Positions 35,666-43,687 of a DNA stretch of 43,687 nucleotides are shown in pieces (the stretch's first letter is position 1; every line of letters starts with the position of its first letter). The notes under the pieces were generated by a model, which saw only the letters and a list, made by a program, of their open reading frames with translations, had not been told where the DNA came from and ran no database searches. The position numbers and the translations under genes were made by a program. Source of the DNA: Minisyncoccia bacterium. GTDB lineage: Bacteria; Patescibacteriota; Minisyncoccia; Phycocordibacterales; Zambryskibacteraceae. The stretch covers positions 1 through 43,687 of the forward strand of contig JBGTNQ010000005.1 of assembly GCA_041742965.1 (NCBI GenBank). Direction: 5' to 3'.

Positions 35666-36658
35666 TTATTTCTTCTGACGCTTGCTATCCTTGAGTCTCT
35701 GCGAGAAACTCTTAGATGTCTTCTTAACTACAGGTTTCTGCATCTCCTTTCTCCCCTTCTTGATCGAAATGATATCAACGATCCTTTCGGGGTGAATGGT
35801 ATAGAGACCAAATGACGAGGATGTCTGGAGTCTCCGATATGAATGCACTGATGCAAATACCGGAACCCTCCCTACTTCCACATAAGGCCTCACCAATCCC
35901 TCGTGCACTGCTCGAACCAACGGAATACCTTTCTCGGCTTCATCCGCAGATCCGATGAGGACTTCACCTGGTTCCCTCTTCAAGACAGTAGAACCAAAAG
36001 ATGGCTCCCGATCCTTAAGAAGGCCGGCGAAGCTGGCTCCTTCCAAGGTATCAGAGTGTACAGTGAGACGAACTCGCCCCGATATATCAAACTGATAGCC
36101 TTTGTACTCCTTCTTTTTCGAATCATTGATATTCTCCTGTCTGACAACAATCCGAAAATGATGGAGAAGGCCCCTTGGAATTGCCCCATTCGGCAGAACC
36201 GAAGTGGGAATATCCTGAAGAGAACTTACCTTGAAAGGAATCCCCGTAGCAAACCACTGCCACGAAGAAACTGAGGAAGAAAAGGTCTCGTCTCGAAGCT
36301 CTGCGAGTTCGGCATTGGCCTTCTTCAGCTCTCTTTGCTTCAGAGAGGTTGCTTTTTCGAGCCTGCGCACTTCATCACGAAGCGCCCGAAGCTCAATGCG
36401 CATGTTTTCTCCCCTCTGGTCTCTCGCAAACTCGAGAATAAGAGTCTCGAGTTCTTCGTCAGTGGACTCCTTAATCCTGTTGAACGCCTCACTAATTTCA
36501 GAGGCAAGACCAGGAGTCGCTTCCAGACCACGGTCTGGATGAACTGAAGCCATAAGAAAGGGCTTCAGCTTCTCCGCAACCCGCCTCAGTGCTCCAGGCC
36601 TGTCCTTCAAGAGAAGGATGGAACCTGGAGCAAAGAGGACTTCGATGGGGTTTTTCAC
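35666..36658 (-). CDS. Hypothetical protein with N-terminal J-domain-like HPD motif and coiled coil
   Basis: LMASVHPDRG...SEISEAFNRIK followed by ELRALRDEVRRLEK. Confidence 0.6.
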   Translation of the reverse strand: MKNPIEVLFAPGSILLLKDRPGALRRVAEKLKPFLMASVHPDRGLEATPGLASEISEAFNRIKESTDEELETLILEFARDQRGENMRIELRALRDEVRRLEKATSLKQRELKKANAELAELRDETFSSSVSSWQWFATGIPFKVSSLQDIPTSVLPNGAIPRGLLHHFRIVVRQENINDSKKKEYKGYQFDISGRVRLTVHSDTLEGASFAGLLKDREPSFGSTVLKREPGEVLIGSADEAEKGIPLVRAVHEGLVRPYVEVGRVPVFASVHSYRRLQTSSSFGLYTIHPERIVDIISIKKGRKEMQKPVVKKTSKSFSQRLKDSKRQKK

Positions 36659-37227
36659 TCATCCCCCTCCCCCGCGATCAAGATACGGTCAGGATCTTCA
36701 ATCCTGTCCATAATCTCGTCGCAGACTGCCTCCATCATACGCCCCTCATTGAGGCGCCGCATGATGAGGCGATGGAAAGACCACTCGTGTTCCGTAGCCT
36801 CCACCTTGAGAGCAATCTCGTCCAAAATAGCAACGAGCTGACCCCCTTCGCCAGAGAGGTCTCCATCAGTGTGCTCAAACATTTTGCACAGTCTGATGAG
36901 AGAAACCGCCGAGACAGTCTGTGTCTTCGCCTCGTAGGCGAGAGCGACAATCTCTTTTGTGTGAAGCCCGAGGAGCTTTACACACTGGGGCAAACGGGGT
37001 TGACGGCCGTTAACGATTGCGAGAGCCGTCTTCGCACGCTTTTCATCACCCCCCGCGAGACGGAGCGCCCGCTTCACGGTCGACCTCATGATCCTCGCCC
37101 GAACAACCCGTTCTGGCAAACCCTTCACTTCGGCGTACCTCTTGATGATCTTGTCATCAAGAGTTATCTCCTTCTCCATCTCATCCGCCACACGGCGAAC
37201 GAGAGAGTTCGAAACTTTCTTCTTCAT
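36655..37227 (-). CDS. Hypothetical helical protein
   Basis: AGGGGG SD, TTGACA-18-TATAAT promoter (37278-37307) and ATGA overlap with the downstream gene. Confidence 0.65.
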   Translation of the reverse strand: MKKKVSNSLVRRVADEMEKEITLDDKIIKRYAEVKGLPERVVRARIMRSTVKRALRLAGGDEKRAKTALAIVNGRQPRLPQCVKLLGLHTKEIVALAYEAKTQTVSAVSLIRLCKMFEHTDGDLSGEGGQLVAILDEIALKVEATEHEWSFHRLIMRRLNEGRMMEAVCDEIMDRIEDPDRILIAGEGDE

Positions 37228-37313
37228 ACAAACCCCCTGTAGTCAAGTTGTGAATGTGCTTCTTGTTTCTGTTCGCGATTATAATACATTTACATGCTAT
37301 TTGTCAAGATGGA

Positions 37314-37352
37314 ACAAACCCCCCGTCTGCCTTGGGCAGACGGGGGGTTTGT
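37314..37352. terminator. Palindrome ACAAACCCCCCGTCTGCC-TTG-GGCAGACGGGGGGTTTGT
   Basis: Perfect 18-bp arms. Confidence 0.75.
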
Positions 37353-37361
37353 ATTCCAAAA

Positions 37362-37472
37362 CTATTTTCGCTTTTTCGCCTTGAGTCTCTCGGCTTTAAT
37401 AGCCAATCTCTTTTTAGTCTTGCGAGAACGCGATGTCTTGTTTTTTGTATTTACTGCATCTCTTTTTGCCAT
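37362..37472 (-). CDS. 36-aa Lys/Arg-rich microprotein (not in the ORF track)
   Basis: MAKRDAVNTKNKTSRSRKTKKRLAIKAERLKAKKRK; TATAGT 8 nt before the ATG and a terminator right after the stop. Confidence 0.65.
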   Translation of the reverse strand: MAKRDAVNTKNKTSRSRKTKKRLAIKAERLKAKKRK

Positions 37473-37516
37473 AGACATTAACTATACACGCAAAAGCAAA
37501 AAAGGGGAACAACTTA

Positions 37517-39334
37517 TTAGTGAGAACTTTGCCCAAGCCACCTTCCATACTTCTCTGCCATATCCTCAAAACTTTTCTTATTATTGGCAATCTCTTTTTT
37601 ACCACTGACCATCCTAATATCGGCATTTAAATCGATTGGGCCACTGTGCATTGGAACCTTTTTCAGACGAGCAATTCTGCTCTTGGCAATCTTCAAAATA
37701 TCCCCTACTGACCTTGTAACATTATTTATATAAGCAGAACTGCCAAGTTTTTTGCCGGTAGCGATTTTGACAAAGTCCGCAAATTTTTTTGTAGATGCCA
37801 GCTCCCAGACTTTTATCATCTCTTTACCCACCCGAGGATTATCAACCACGTATCCGAACTTTTTATAAAAATAATCCATCCATTGATTCAAGGCTAATGT
37901 GGCCAAACCATATCCATGATAAGAAGCAGAACTATCCCAATTATAAATATGCGGAACATTCAGGGCGCTTATGGAGTCTTCGGAGCGAGCAAAAAATTTT
38001 CTGTAGTTCTTCTTGGCAATATCAAAAACCTTCTCCCTTGTTAAGTTTTTTGATTCATATATTTCTCTCTCAAAACTCGAAACATAGATTATGCCATTCA
38101 AGCGAAGTGGTCTCAAAAAAGAAAGTTTTTCTACTTCTCTTTTAAATAGGTCGAACGGAAGTTCTTCACCAGAAGAATTTTTAGCATACCTAGACGCCCA
38201 CTCGATACTTGAAAAAAGTGTATCCAAAAACATACTCTGTGTTTCAGCCCAAGACATAGAGCAAGGAGGATATTCATGATTTACACAAACATCTTGTTCT
38301 TCTGAATTAAGGAGGTGTGCAGCGTGACCTCCTTCATGAAAGAGGGTTACATACCCATTATGAGACGAGCCCACTTGCCCATAAACCACATTACAAGTGA
38401 AGTTAGAGGACCCTGGAACTCTCTTCCCACCCCCATACCTCACCAGTTCCGGCCAGTGACAAAAACCATTACTCCACTTCCTTTTTCTGTCTAAAAGATC
38501 CAAATTTAAAACTCCTCCCTTAAAACCTATCCCCAAAGATTGAAAGGACTTCCCCCACCGAGTTAGAGCTTCATCAAAACCAAAGTAAGGACCCTTTTCT
38601 TTTGTGAAATCCCCCGACATCTTGTATCCAAAATTCCAGGGTTTTGTAATACCGGGGGTTTTCTTTTCTAATTTCTTTATATTATCCAGAGCATATTTCG
38701 TATGTTTATATATGGAATCAAAGAGAGAGAAGAGCTCTTTTTTTGTCATACCATCCTCACGACGAAGTTTGAAGTCGTAAAAATCTTCATATCCCAAAAC
38801 TAGAGCATATCGATTACGCAAAGAAATTAGCTCCACGTATTCGTCAACACAAGTAAGTGCGAGTTCCTCCATGGACTCAAAACAGGCCTTACGAACACCC
38901 TCGTCGGAGTGAGTAGACATCATGGCCCTCATCTTGTTTTCAGATGCGCCAACAAGCCTCTTGGTTTTTGGGTCTAGGTATCCCTCTTTCCGTTCTGCGC
39001 GCTTTTTATTTATTTTTGATTCAAGACGATCAATATCCTTTTTAATAGATAAAGCTTCTTTCGGTGTCTCATAAAACTCAAAAAAGGTCTGCCAAAGTTT
39101 TAATCGAGCCCCCATCTTACTATCGGCCTTTGGAATAAGGGATTTTATTTTATCCAAATTTTTCGAATCTGCCTGAAAGGCATATTTTTCACTCAGAGCT
39201 TTATCCTTGGCCTTATCTACAGATGGGTCACCCATATAGGAAATCCAGAAAAGATCTTCGTATTTTTTATGAAGACGGTGATATGTTTTGTTTAAATATT
39301 CCAAAAAACTCTTTGCGGAAAAGTCAGCCTTCAT
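37517..39334 (-). CDS. M3 family metallopeptidase (oligoendopeptidase)
   Basis: TLFHEGGHAAH zinc motif, AETQSMF and PHIY...YHGY. Confidence 0.88.
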   Translation of the reverse strand: MKADFSAKSFLEYLNKTYHRLHKKYEDLFWISYMGDPSVDKAKDKALSEKYAFQADSKNLDKIKSLIPKADSKMGARLKLWQTFFEFYETPKEALSIKKDIDRLESKINKKRAERKEGYLDPKTKRLVGASENKMRAMMSTHSDEGVRKACFESMEELALTCVDEYVELISLRNRYALVLGYEDFYDFKLRREDGMTKKELFSLFDSIYKHTKYALDNIKKLEKKTPGITKPWNFGYKMSGDFTKEKGPYFGFDEALTRWGKSFQSLGIGFKGGVLNLDLLDRKRKWSNGFCHWPELVRYGGGKRVPGSSNFTCNVVYGQVGSSHNGYVTLFHEGGHAAHLLNSEEQDVCVNHEYPPCSMSWAETQSMFLDTLFSSIEWASRYAKNSSGEELPFDLFKREVEKLSFLRPLRLNGIIYVSSFEREIYESKNLTREKVFDIAKKNYRKFFARSEDSISALNVPHIYNWDSSASYHGYGLATLALNQWMDYFYKKFGYVVDNPRVGKEMIKVWELASTKKFADFVKIATGKKLGSSAYINNVTRSVGDILKIAKSRIARLKKVPMHSGPIDLNADIRMVSGKKEIANNKKSFEDMAEKYGRWLGQSSH

Positions 39335-39422
39335 AATTGTTTATTATTGCATAATAAAAGCTGTATTAACCCTTATATAATAAATTGAAGCTATTGCTTG
39401 TGCGTACAAATGTTTTTAAAAA

Positions 39423-39950
39423 TTATTCCGTCTTTATAACAGTAGCTGATGGTAAACCATTTCTGATGGTTGAAAGATCTGATTCAGAGTAATTATTTCC
39501 AGAGACATCTAGAAGCTTTAAATTGGACAAATTACCAAGTTCATTCGGAAGTCCTGTCAACAGATTGTCAGATAAATCTAAAACTTCTAAATCCTCCAGC
39601 TGTCCAATCTCTGCAGGAACACCTGTAAATTTGTTATTACTCAAATCTAAAAACTTAAGGTTGCCCAAAAATCTGATTTCAGCCTGCAATGCACCATCAA
39701 GACTGTTATTAGACAAATCTAACCCGACAAGGTTTGTTCTATTAAATATGTAAGATGGAACCTCTGTGAGACCTTTGCCACTCAAGTCTAGAGTTTCACC
39801 CCCAAGGCTCGCTACTATAGGGCTCTCGGTTTCTTCGCCCTGAATATCTAATACTTTATCCTCTTCCTGAAGATTGGTGTTTTGCTTATCCATAAAAAAA
39901 TATCCACCGCCCAATATAATCAAAACCAGCACAGTAATTAAAATTTTCAT
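39423..39950 (-). CDS. Membrane-anchored leucine-rich repeat protein
   Basis: N-terminal TM; about five LxxLDLSxNxLxxLPxEIG repeats. Confidence 0.88.
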   Translation of the reverse strand: MKILITVLVLIILGGGYFFMDKQNTNLQEEDKVLDIQGEETESPIVASLGGETLDLSGKGLTEVPSYIFNRTNLVGLDLSNNSLDGALQAEIRFLGNLKFLDLSNNKFTGVPAEIGQLEDLEVLDLSDNLLTGLPNELGNLSNLKLLDVSGNNYSESDLSTIRNGLPSATVIKTE

Positions 39951-39977
39951 TAAAATAAAGTTAGTTTCTAATAAAAC

Positions 39978-40346
39978 CTAAAAACAATCCTTTGCTTTTG
40001 CATAGTCTATTGGTGTAGGAGAATCCCCTGCCCTGATTTCATCTGTTCTTTCTTTTCCTAGTTTTTCCTCAAAACACACTTCCATCTCTGGTGTAATTTC
40101 TGAAGGAAGCGACGCTGGATCTACTCCAATTTTTTCCAAAACTTGCTCTTGAGATTCAGATAACATGGGGTTTTTGTCGACACCACCGGAAGCACTGCTA
40201 TCAGAAGCGGAGGATGAGCTTGATGAGCCTGAGAGTAGAGACCTAATACCATAGCCATCTGTCATATAAATAGTGGCCAACACAATAATTAGAGCTAGAA
40301 ACAAAACACCCAAAAACACGAAGAAACCTGTTAAAAATTTTTTCAT
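39978..40346 (-). CDS. Hypothetical membrane-anchored protein
   Basis: N-terminal TM, Ser-rich linker and two Cys; ATG 6 nt after TATAAT. Confidence 0.7.
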   Translation of the reverse strand: MKKFLTGFFVFLGVLFLALIIVLATIYMTDGYGIRSLLSGSSSSSSASDSSASGGVDKNPMLSESQEQVLEKIGVDPASLPSEITPEMEVCFEEKLGKERTDEIRAGDSPTPIDYAKAKDCF

Positions 40347-40435
40347 ATTTGAATTATACATGTATTAGAAAAGTTATGACTCATACATCAAGCCGTTTAA
40401 GATGTCCTAATATTGCAGTCGGGAAGTGTCCTTAT

Positions 40436-40801
40436 TTATTTCCTCCCATTCCTAATGATTTGGTAGATACTGAAAGAGACTCCGGAATTGACCAATACGG
40501 CTCCAGCAATCAAAGACCAGTCTCCATAATAAATACCTTTTACAAATAAAATACACTGAACAATAAAGACTGCTACGGGCAAAACAAGAGAAACATGATC
40601 AGCGCTTTTACTGGTACGAACTAGCCACCCTTGGTGATAATATCCAAAAGCCACAACCACCCAACAGACCATGAGGCCCACACTCCATATAAATTGAGAA
40701 TTCCAAAAGATATTAAAATCCGCTAACCGTCCATAAACAAAATATGTAGCGAAAACCACAAGTGCTGTAACGCTCAATATTTCTAAATATATTTTTCTCA
40801 T
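40436..40801 (-). CDS. Small membrane protein, PQ-loop/SemiSWEET-like
   Basis: YYHQGWLVRTSKSADHVS loop between TM helices; terminal LVN. Confidence 0.5.
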   Translation of the reverse strand: MRKIYLEILSVTALVVFATYFVYGRLADFNIFWNSQFIWSVGLMVCWVVVAFGYYHQGWLVRTSKSADHVSLVLPVAVFIVQCILFVKGIYYGDWSLIAGAVLVNSGVSFSIYQIIRNGRK

Positions 40802-40810
40802 ATACTTATC

Positions 40811-41557
40811 TTATCTCTTTTTTATATCAAAAAAGAAGGTGTACTCGGAATCTCCAATGCTGGTTCCAGACCGCGCTACCGGTGTGACATCGACAAGAGT
40901 TACTTCTTCCGCTTCTGTAGTAATGGCCTGATTGAGCTCAAACACTTGGTTAGCTGTGCCTAGACCACTTTCAAGGGTGGCCCTAACTTTAACGGTCCCC
41001 GCCCAAATGCAATTAGCATTCGCTGGACAACGACTGTCTTCTAGCATTTCAACTGGAGTTATAGTAACACCAAGAGCACTTTCTATTTCTCCGATTTTCA
41101 CCTCTACCCTTTCTCCTGTATTTATTTTCAGAATTAATTCATCAACCTGAGATTGATTCATAACTGGGAAGCTCAGACGCGCTGAAATATTTTCAAGAAG
41201 TGTGGCATATCCTTTTTCAGATATGGTTCTCTCTGCAGATGATATGGGTTGATCTTGAGAGCGCACAAAAACTGCTTCTCCATTTTGAATTTCGTAATAT
41301 CCTTCAAAGGATTCTACACCACTAAAATCAGATTGAGTAAGACCAGGAAAAGCCATTATTAAAAGATTATTATCAAACCCTTCTATGGGTTGCCCAATGT
41401 CTGCGATACTAAGAGTAATCATTTGCTCCTGAAAATACTTGGCCAATCCAGAAACTTCCCCACCCGATTGCTTCTCTTTATATATATAACCATTCAATAG
41501 AAAAAATCCGCCAACTAAAATAACCACTACCAACAAAATATATAATATTTTTTTCAT
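40811..41557 (-). CDS. Membrane-anchored hypothetical protein with DSRCP...CIWAG domain
   Basis: N-terminal TM; EDSRCPANANCIWAG. Confidence 0.7.
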   Translation of the reverse strand: MKKILYILLVVVILVGGFFLLNGYIYKEKQSGGEVSGLAKYFQEQMITLSIADIGQPIEGFDNNLLIMAFPGLTQSDFSGVESFEGYYEIQNGEAVFVRSQDQPISSAERTISEKGYATLLENISARLSFPVMNQSQVDELILKINTGERVEVKIGEIESALGVTITPVEMLEDSRCPANANCIWAGTVKVRATLESGLGTANQVFELNQAITTEAEEVTLVDVTPVARSGTSIGDSEYTFFFDIKKR

Positions 41558-41615
41558 ACACCTATTATACCAAAACCACCAACACGCCAAGTGGTTGGCG
41601 TGTTGGATAAAACAA

Positions 41616-41649
41616 ACCCACCCCGCCTGCCTAGGCAGACGGGGTGGGT
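41616..41649. terminator. Palindrome ACCCACCCCGCCTGCC-TA-GGCAGACGGGGTGGGT
   Basis: Near-perfect inverted repeat downstream of the 424-aa gene. Confidence 0.7.
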
Positions 41650-41673
41650 CTTGGAAACTCAGTAGAGCTGAAT

Positions 41674-42948
41674 TTACCTATTACTTACTACTGAACTTAC
41701 ACACTGACCCTGATTTTTGAAACTTGGGTTAGTGAATGTCATCCATCCGCCCTTTTTACAATCATCCTTTGTAGAAGGAGCTGTCGCAGGAGGAGGAGTT
41801 ACAGAAGCAGTAGTGAAAGTCAATATTTCACCAGGGTACCAAGTACCATCAACATTAGACCAAGCTACAAAGTAATACATTGTATTTGGTGTTACTGCTG
41901 GCATCCCTGTCGCTGATGACAATAGAGCAGAGAAAGAGGTGTTTGCTGTAACAAGACCTAAATCAATAGTAGAATACACGCCCTCTGGAATTGATGGGCT
42001 AGCTGTACTAAATGTGTTTAATGAAACCCAAAATGAACTTCCAATAGCATTACTATCCCCATTGGTTCCATTTAGAGTTGCATTAGTTGAAGTTATGCCA
42101 GTAACAGGATTAGTTGTAGGATTATTTACAACCACTTCTTCTGGATAAATCGTCGTTGGGTCTCCAACCAAATTCATGTTCGTAGCCGTTACAACCTTGC
42201 CGTTAGCAAGAGTCACCGTAGCCACTACCTTAGTAGCAGGCATACTCTGACCATACTGCGCTTCGCGAGCATTAGTCCAATATCCATCTAGAACATAGTC
42301 GAAACCTCCAGATACATCAAATGGAGCAGAGAACTGTGAACCAGACAAAGCACTAAATGCTGGCATTATTGCTGTGTTTGTTTGAAGCAAAGTTGTACCT
42401 GAGTACAATTTAACAACCACAGATGTGGTGTCCGCTAATGTAGCATCAGTTAAACCAAAGCCCGCCGTGTATCCTGACAACTGACCGGTTACGCCAGTAT
42501 CATAGTCTACAACACCAAAATCTTCTGCTGATAAAGCTCCAGCCAAAGCTAATCCACTAGTTGTTTGCCATTCCATAGGCGATACTCCACTCATTGAACC
42601 ATCTGGAGCAATAGTCCCACTGAAATTCCAAGTAGAGCCCGGACTAAATGGACCAGTATATGTCAGAGTGAATGAGATATTATTTCCAGATACCACCCCA
42701 TTAGTAATCAATTCCCCTGTTTCACCTGGATTCGTATATGGAGCATTACCAGCTGGATATCCTCCAGTACCTGTAAATGTCCCATCAGGATTCATTACCA
42801 ATGTCATGTCGTGAGCATATGTACCCATTACAAGCCATTCATAAGTACCACTTACATCCCAAGTTGTTGCCGCCTGTGCTGGCAAAGCCATACCAAACGG
42901 AATAGCTATTAAAGCCAAGACCATCATTTTTGCAAAGTTTTTTCTCAT
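41674..42948 (-). CDS. Secreted multidomain surface protein (FN3-like segment, C-terminal two-Cys motif)
   Basis: Sec signal ending AQA; ATLNG...TPNTMYYF; C-terminal TKDDCKKGGW...FKNQGQCVS. Confidence 0.75.
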   Translation of the reverse strand: MRKNFAKMMVLALIAIPFGMALPAQAATTWDVSGTYEWLVMGTYAHDMTLVMNPDGTFTGTGGYPAGNAPYTNPGETGELITNGVVSGNNISFTLTYTGPFSPGSTWNFSGTIAPDGSMSGVSPMEWQTTSGLALAGALSAEDFGVVDYDTGVTGQLSGYTAGFGLTDATLADTTSVVVKLYSGTTLLQTNTAIMPAFSALSGSQFSAPFDVSGGFDYVLDGYWTNAREAQYGQSMPATKVVATVTLANGKVVTATNMNLVGDPTTIYPEEVVVNNPTTNPVTGITSTNATLNGTNGDSNAIGSSFWVSLNTFSTASPSIPEGVYSTIDLGLVTANTSFSALLSSATGMPAVTPNTMYYFVAWSNVDGTWYPGEILTFTTASVTPPPATAPSTKDDCKKGGWMTFTNPSFKNQGQCVSSVVSNR

Positions 42949-43217
42949 TTTTTGTTTTTAATTATCTATTAATTAATGAATAATAAGGAATAATAAAAAC
43001 ACCATTACGACTAACGATGTTTCATATATGTGCCGTGAGATCCGTGTGATTCTTACTTAAATAAAAACCTCACCACACTAATTGTCTATTGTTATATTAC
43101 AAAAGGAATATGTTCTTATTTAAAATATTTTTTCTTTAAATAAACCCGAATAAAACTACTCTCATTATTAAAATAATAATGAAAATAATTTATTATTAAA
43201 TCAGAAGCCGTCCCAAC

Positions 43218-43580
43218 CTACTGGGACGGCTCTCCGTTCTTAGCGAAAACAGATATTTCTTCAGAGTCTCTGACTCGAATTCCTACATGCAGAGCCCGAT
43301 AATACTTGAGGGGACTACGATGAATCCTTTCATGACCACGAAAACTCTTGAAGCAAGTTAAAGTCCTGAACTTAAAACGAGGGTTCTTCTGCAGGGACCT
43401 TGCAATGTGCCTGTTCGGACATAAAAACACCGTAGTGGAAAGACGATAATTTCCGAACGGCACCTTCATTCTGAAAGACTCATACCCCATCTTCTTGAGA
43501 CGATTCCTGGTCGTGCTTTCTTTTGGCCAGAGAAAAATTTCTCTGACCGGAGGAATCCCTCGTCCTCTTTTTTCAAACAC
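43218..43580 (-). CDS. Hypothetical basic protein (accessory cassette)
   Basis: AGGAGGT SD before GTG; hairpin overlapping the stop (43208-43229). Confidence 0.55.
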   Translation of the reverse strand: MFEKRGRGIPPVREIFLWPKESTTRNRLKKMGYESFRMKVPFGNYRLSTTVFLCPNRHIARSLQKNPRFKFRTLTCFKSFRGHERIHRSPLKYYRALHVGIRVRDSEEISVFAKNGEPSQ

Positions 43581-43687
43581 AGAGACCTCCTGCTTAGGTT
43601 AATGTTCTTCCAATAAACACCATATACCTTTGAAACATGGATTTCAACTTTTAAATTTCATCACGCAACAGCAACCTTTAGTAAAAA

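Noticed and set aside
36589-37242. 217-aa plus-strand ORF and other antisense ORFs in the track (e.g. 13057-13569, 14003-14476, 34542-34886)
   Set aside because: They are shadows of better-supported opposite-strand genes that have SD, promoter or family motifs.
39423-39950. LRR protein as a novel eukaryote-like effector
   Set aside because: Short membrane-anchored LRR proteins are common in such genomes, and nothing in the context is distinctive.
1-43687. Alternative genetic code (UGA=Gly, code 25)
   Set aside because: Conserved genes are full length under code 11, and pgi ends in TGA.

Overview
A 43.7-kb AT-rich bacterial window that looks like a Patescibacteria/CPR (Parcubacteria-type) genome. 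This assignment is inferred from compact genes, a short UvrC, cohesin/dockerin surface proteins, near-leaderless core genes and many short palindromes; TGA is used as a stop, so the code is 11. Most of the window is housekeeping: pgi, a ROK kinase, an ABC-F ATPase, two tRNA-Ala genes, tag, ddl, uvrB-uvrA-uvrC, tgt, FKBP, LOG, a DEAD-box helicase, msrA, a pseudouridine synthase and an M3 peptidase. The most notable feature is a tightly coupled minus-strand operon of at least 9 genes (7923 to <1). In order it encodes a protein with an internal KR-type twin-arginine signal, a signal-less 709-aa beta-rich protein with a tail-fibre-like motif, two unknown proteins, TatC, two TatA paralogues each preceded by the same covarying hairpin, a Trp-repeat/dockerin protein and a cohesin-like protein. 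This is a candidate dedicated Tat-export and cohesin-dockerin surface-display system. Between the core genes lie self-contained promoter-SD-ORF-terminator micro-cassettes. They include a PHPT1/Janus-like protein, tandem zinc-binding microproteins, a leader-peptide attenuator, a J-domain-like operon and a putative structured ncRNA. The window also has a membrane PH-Schlafen/AlbA_2 fusion, 5'-end duplications of uvrB and tRNA-Ala, and heptamer repeats inside uvrC. All family assignments are by eye; no searches were run.
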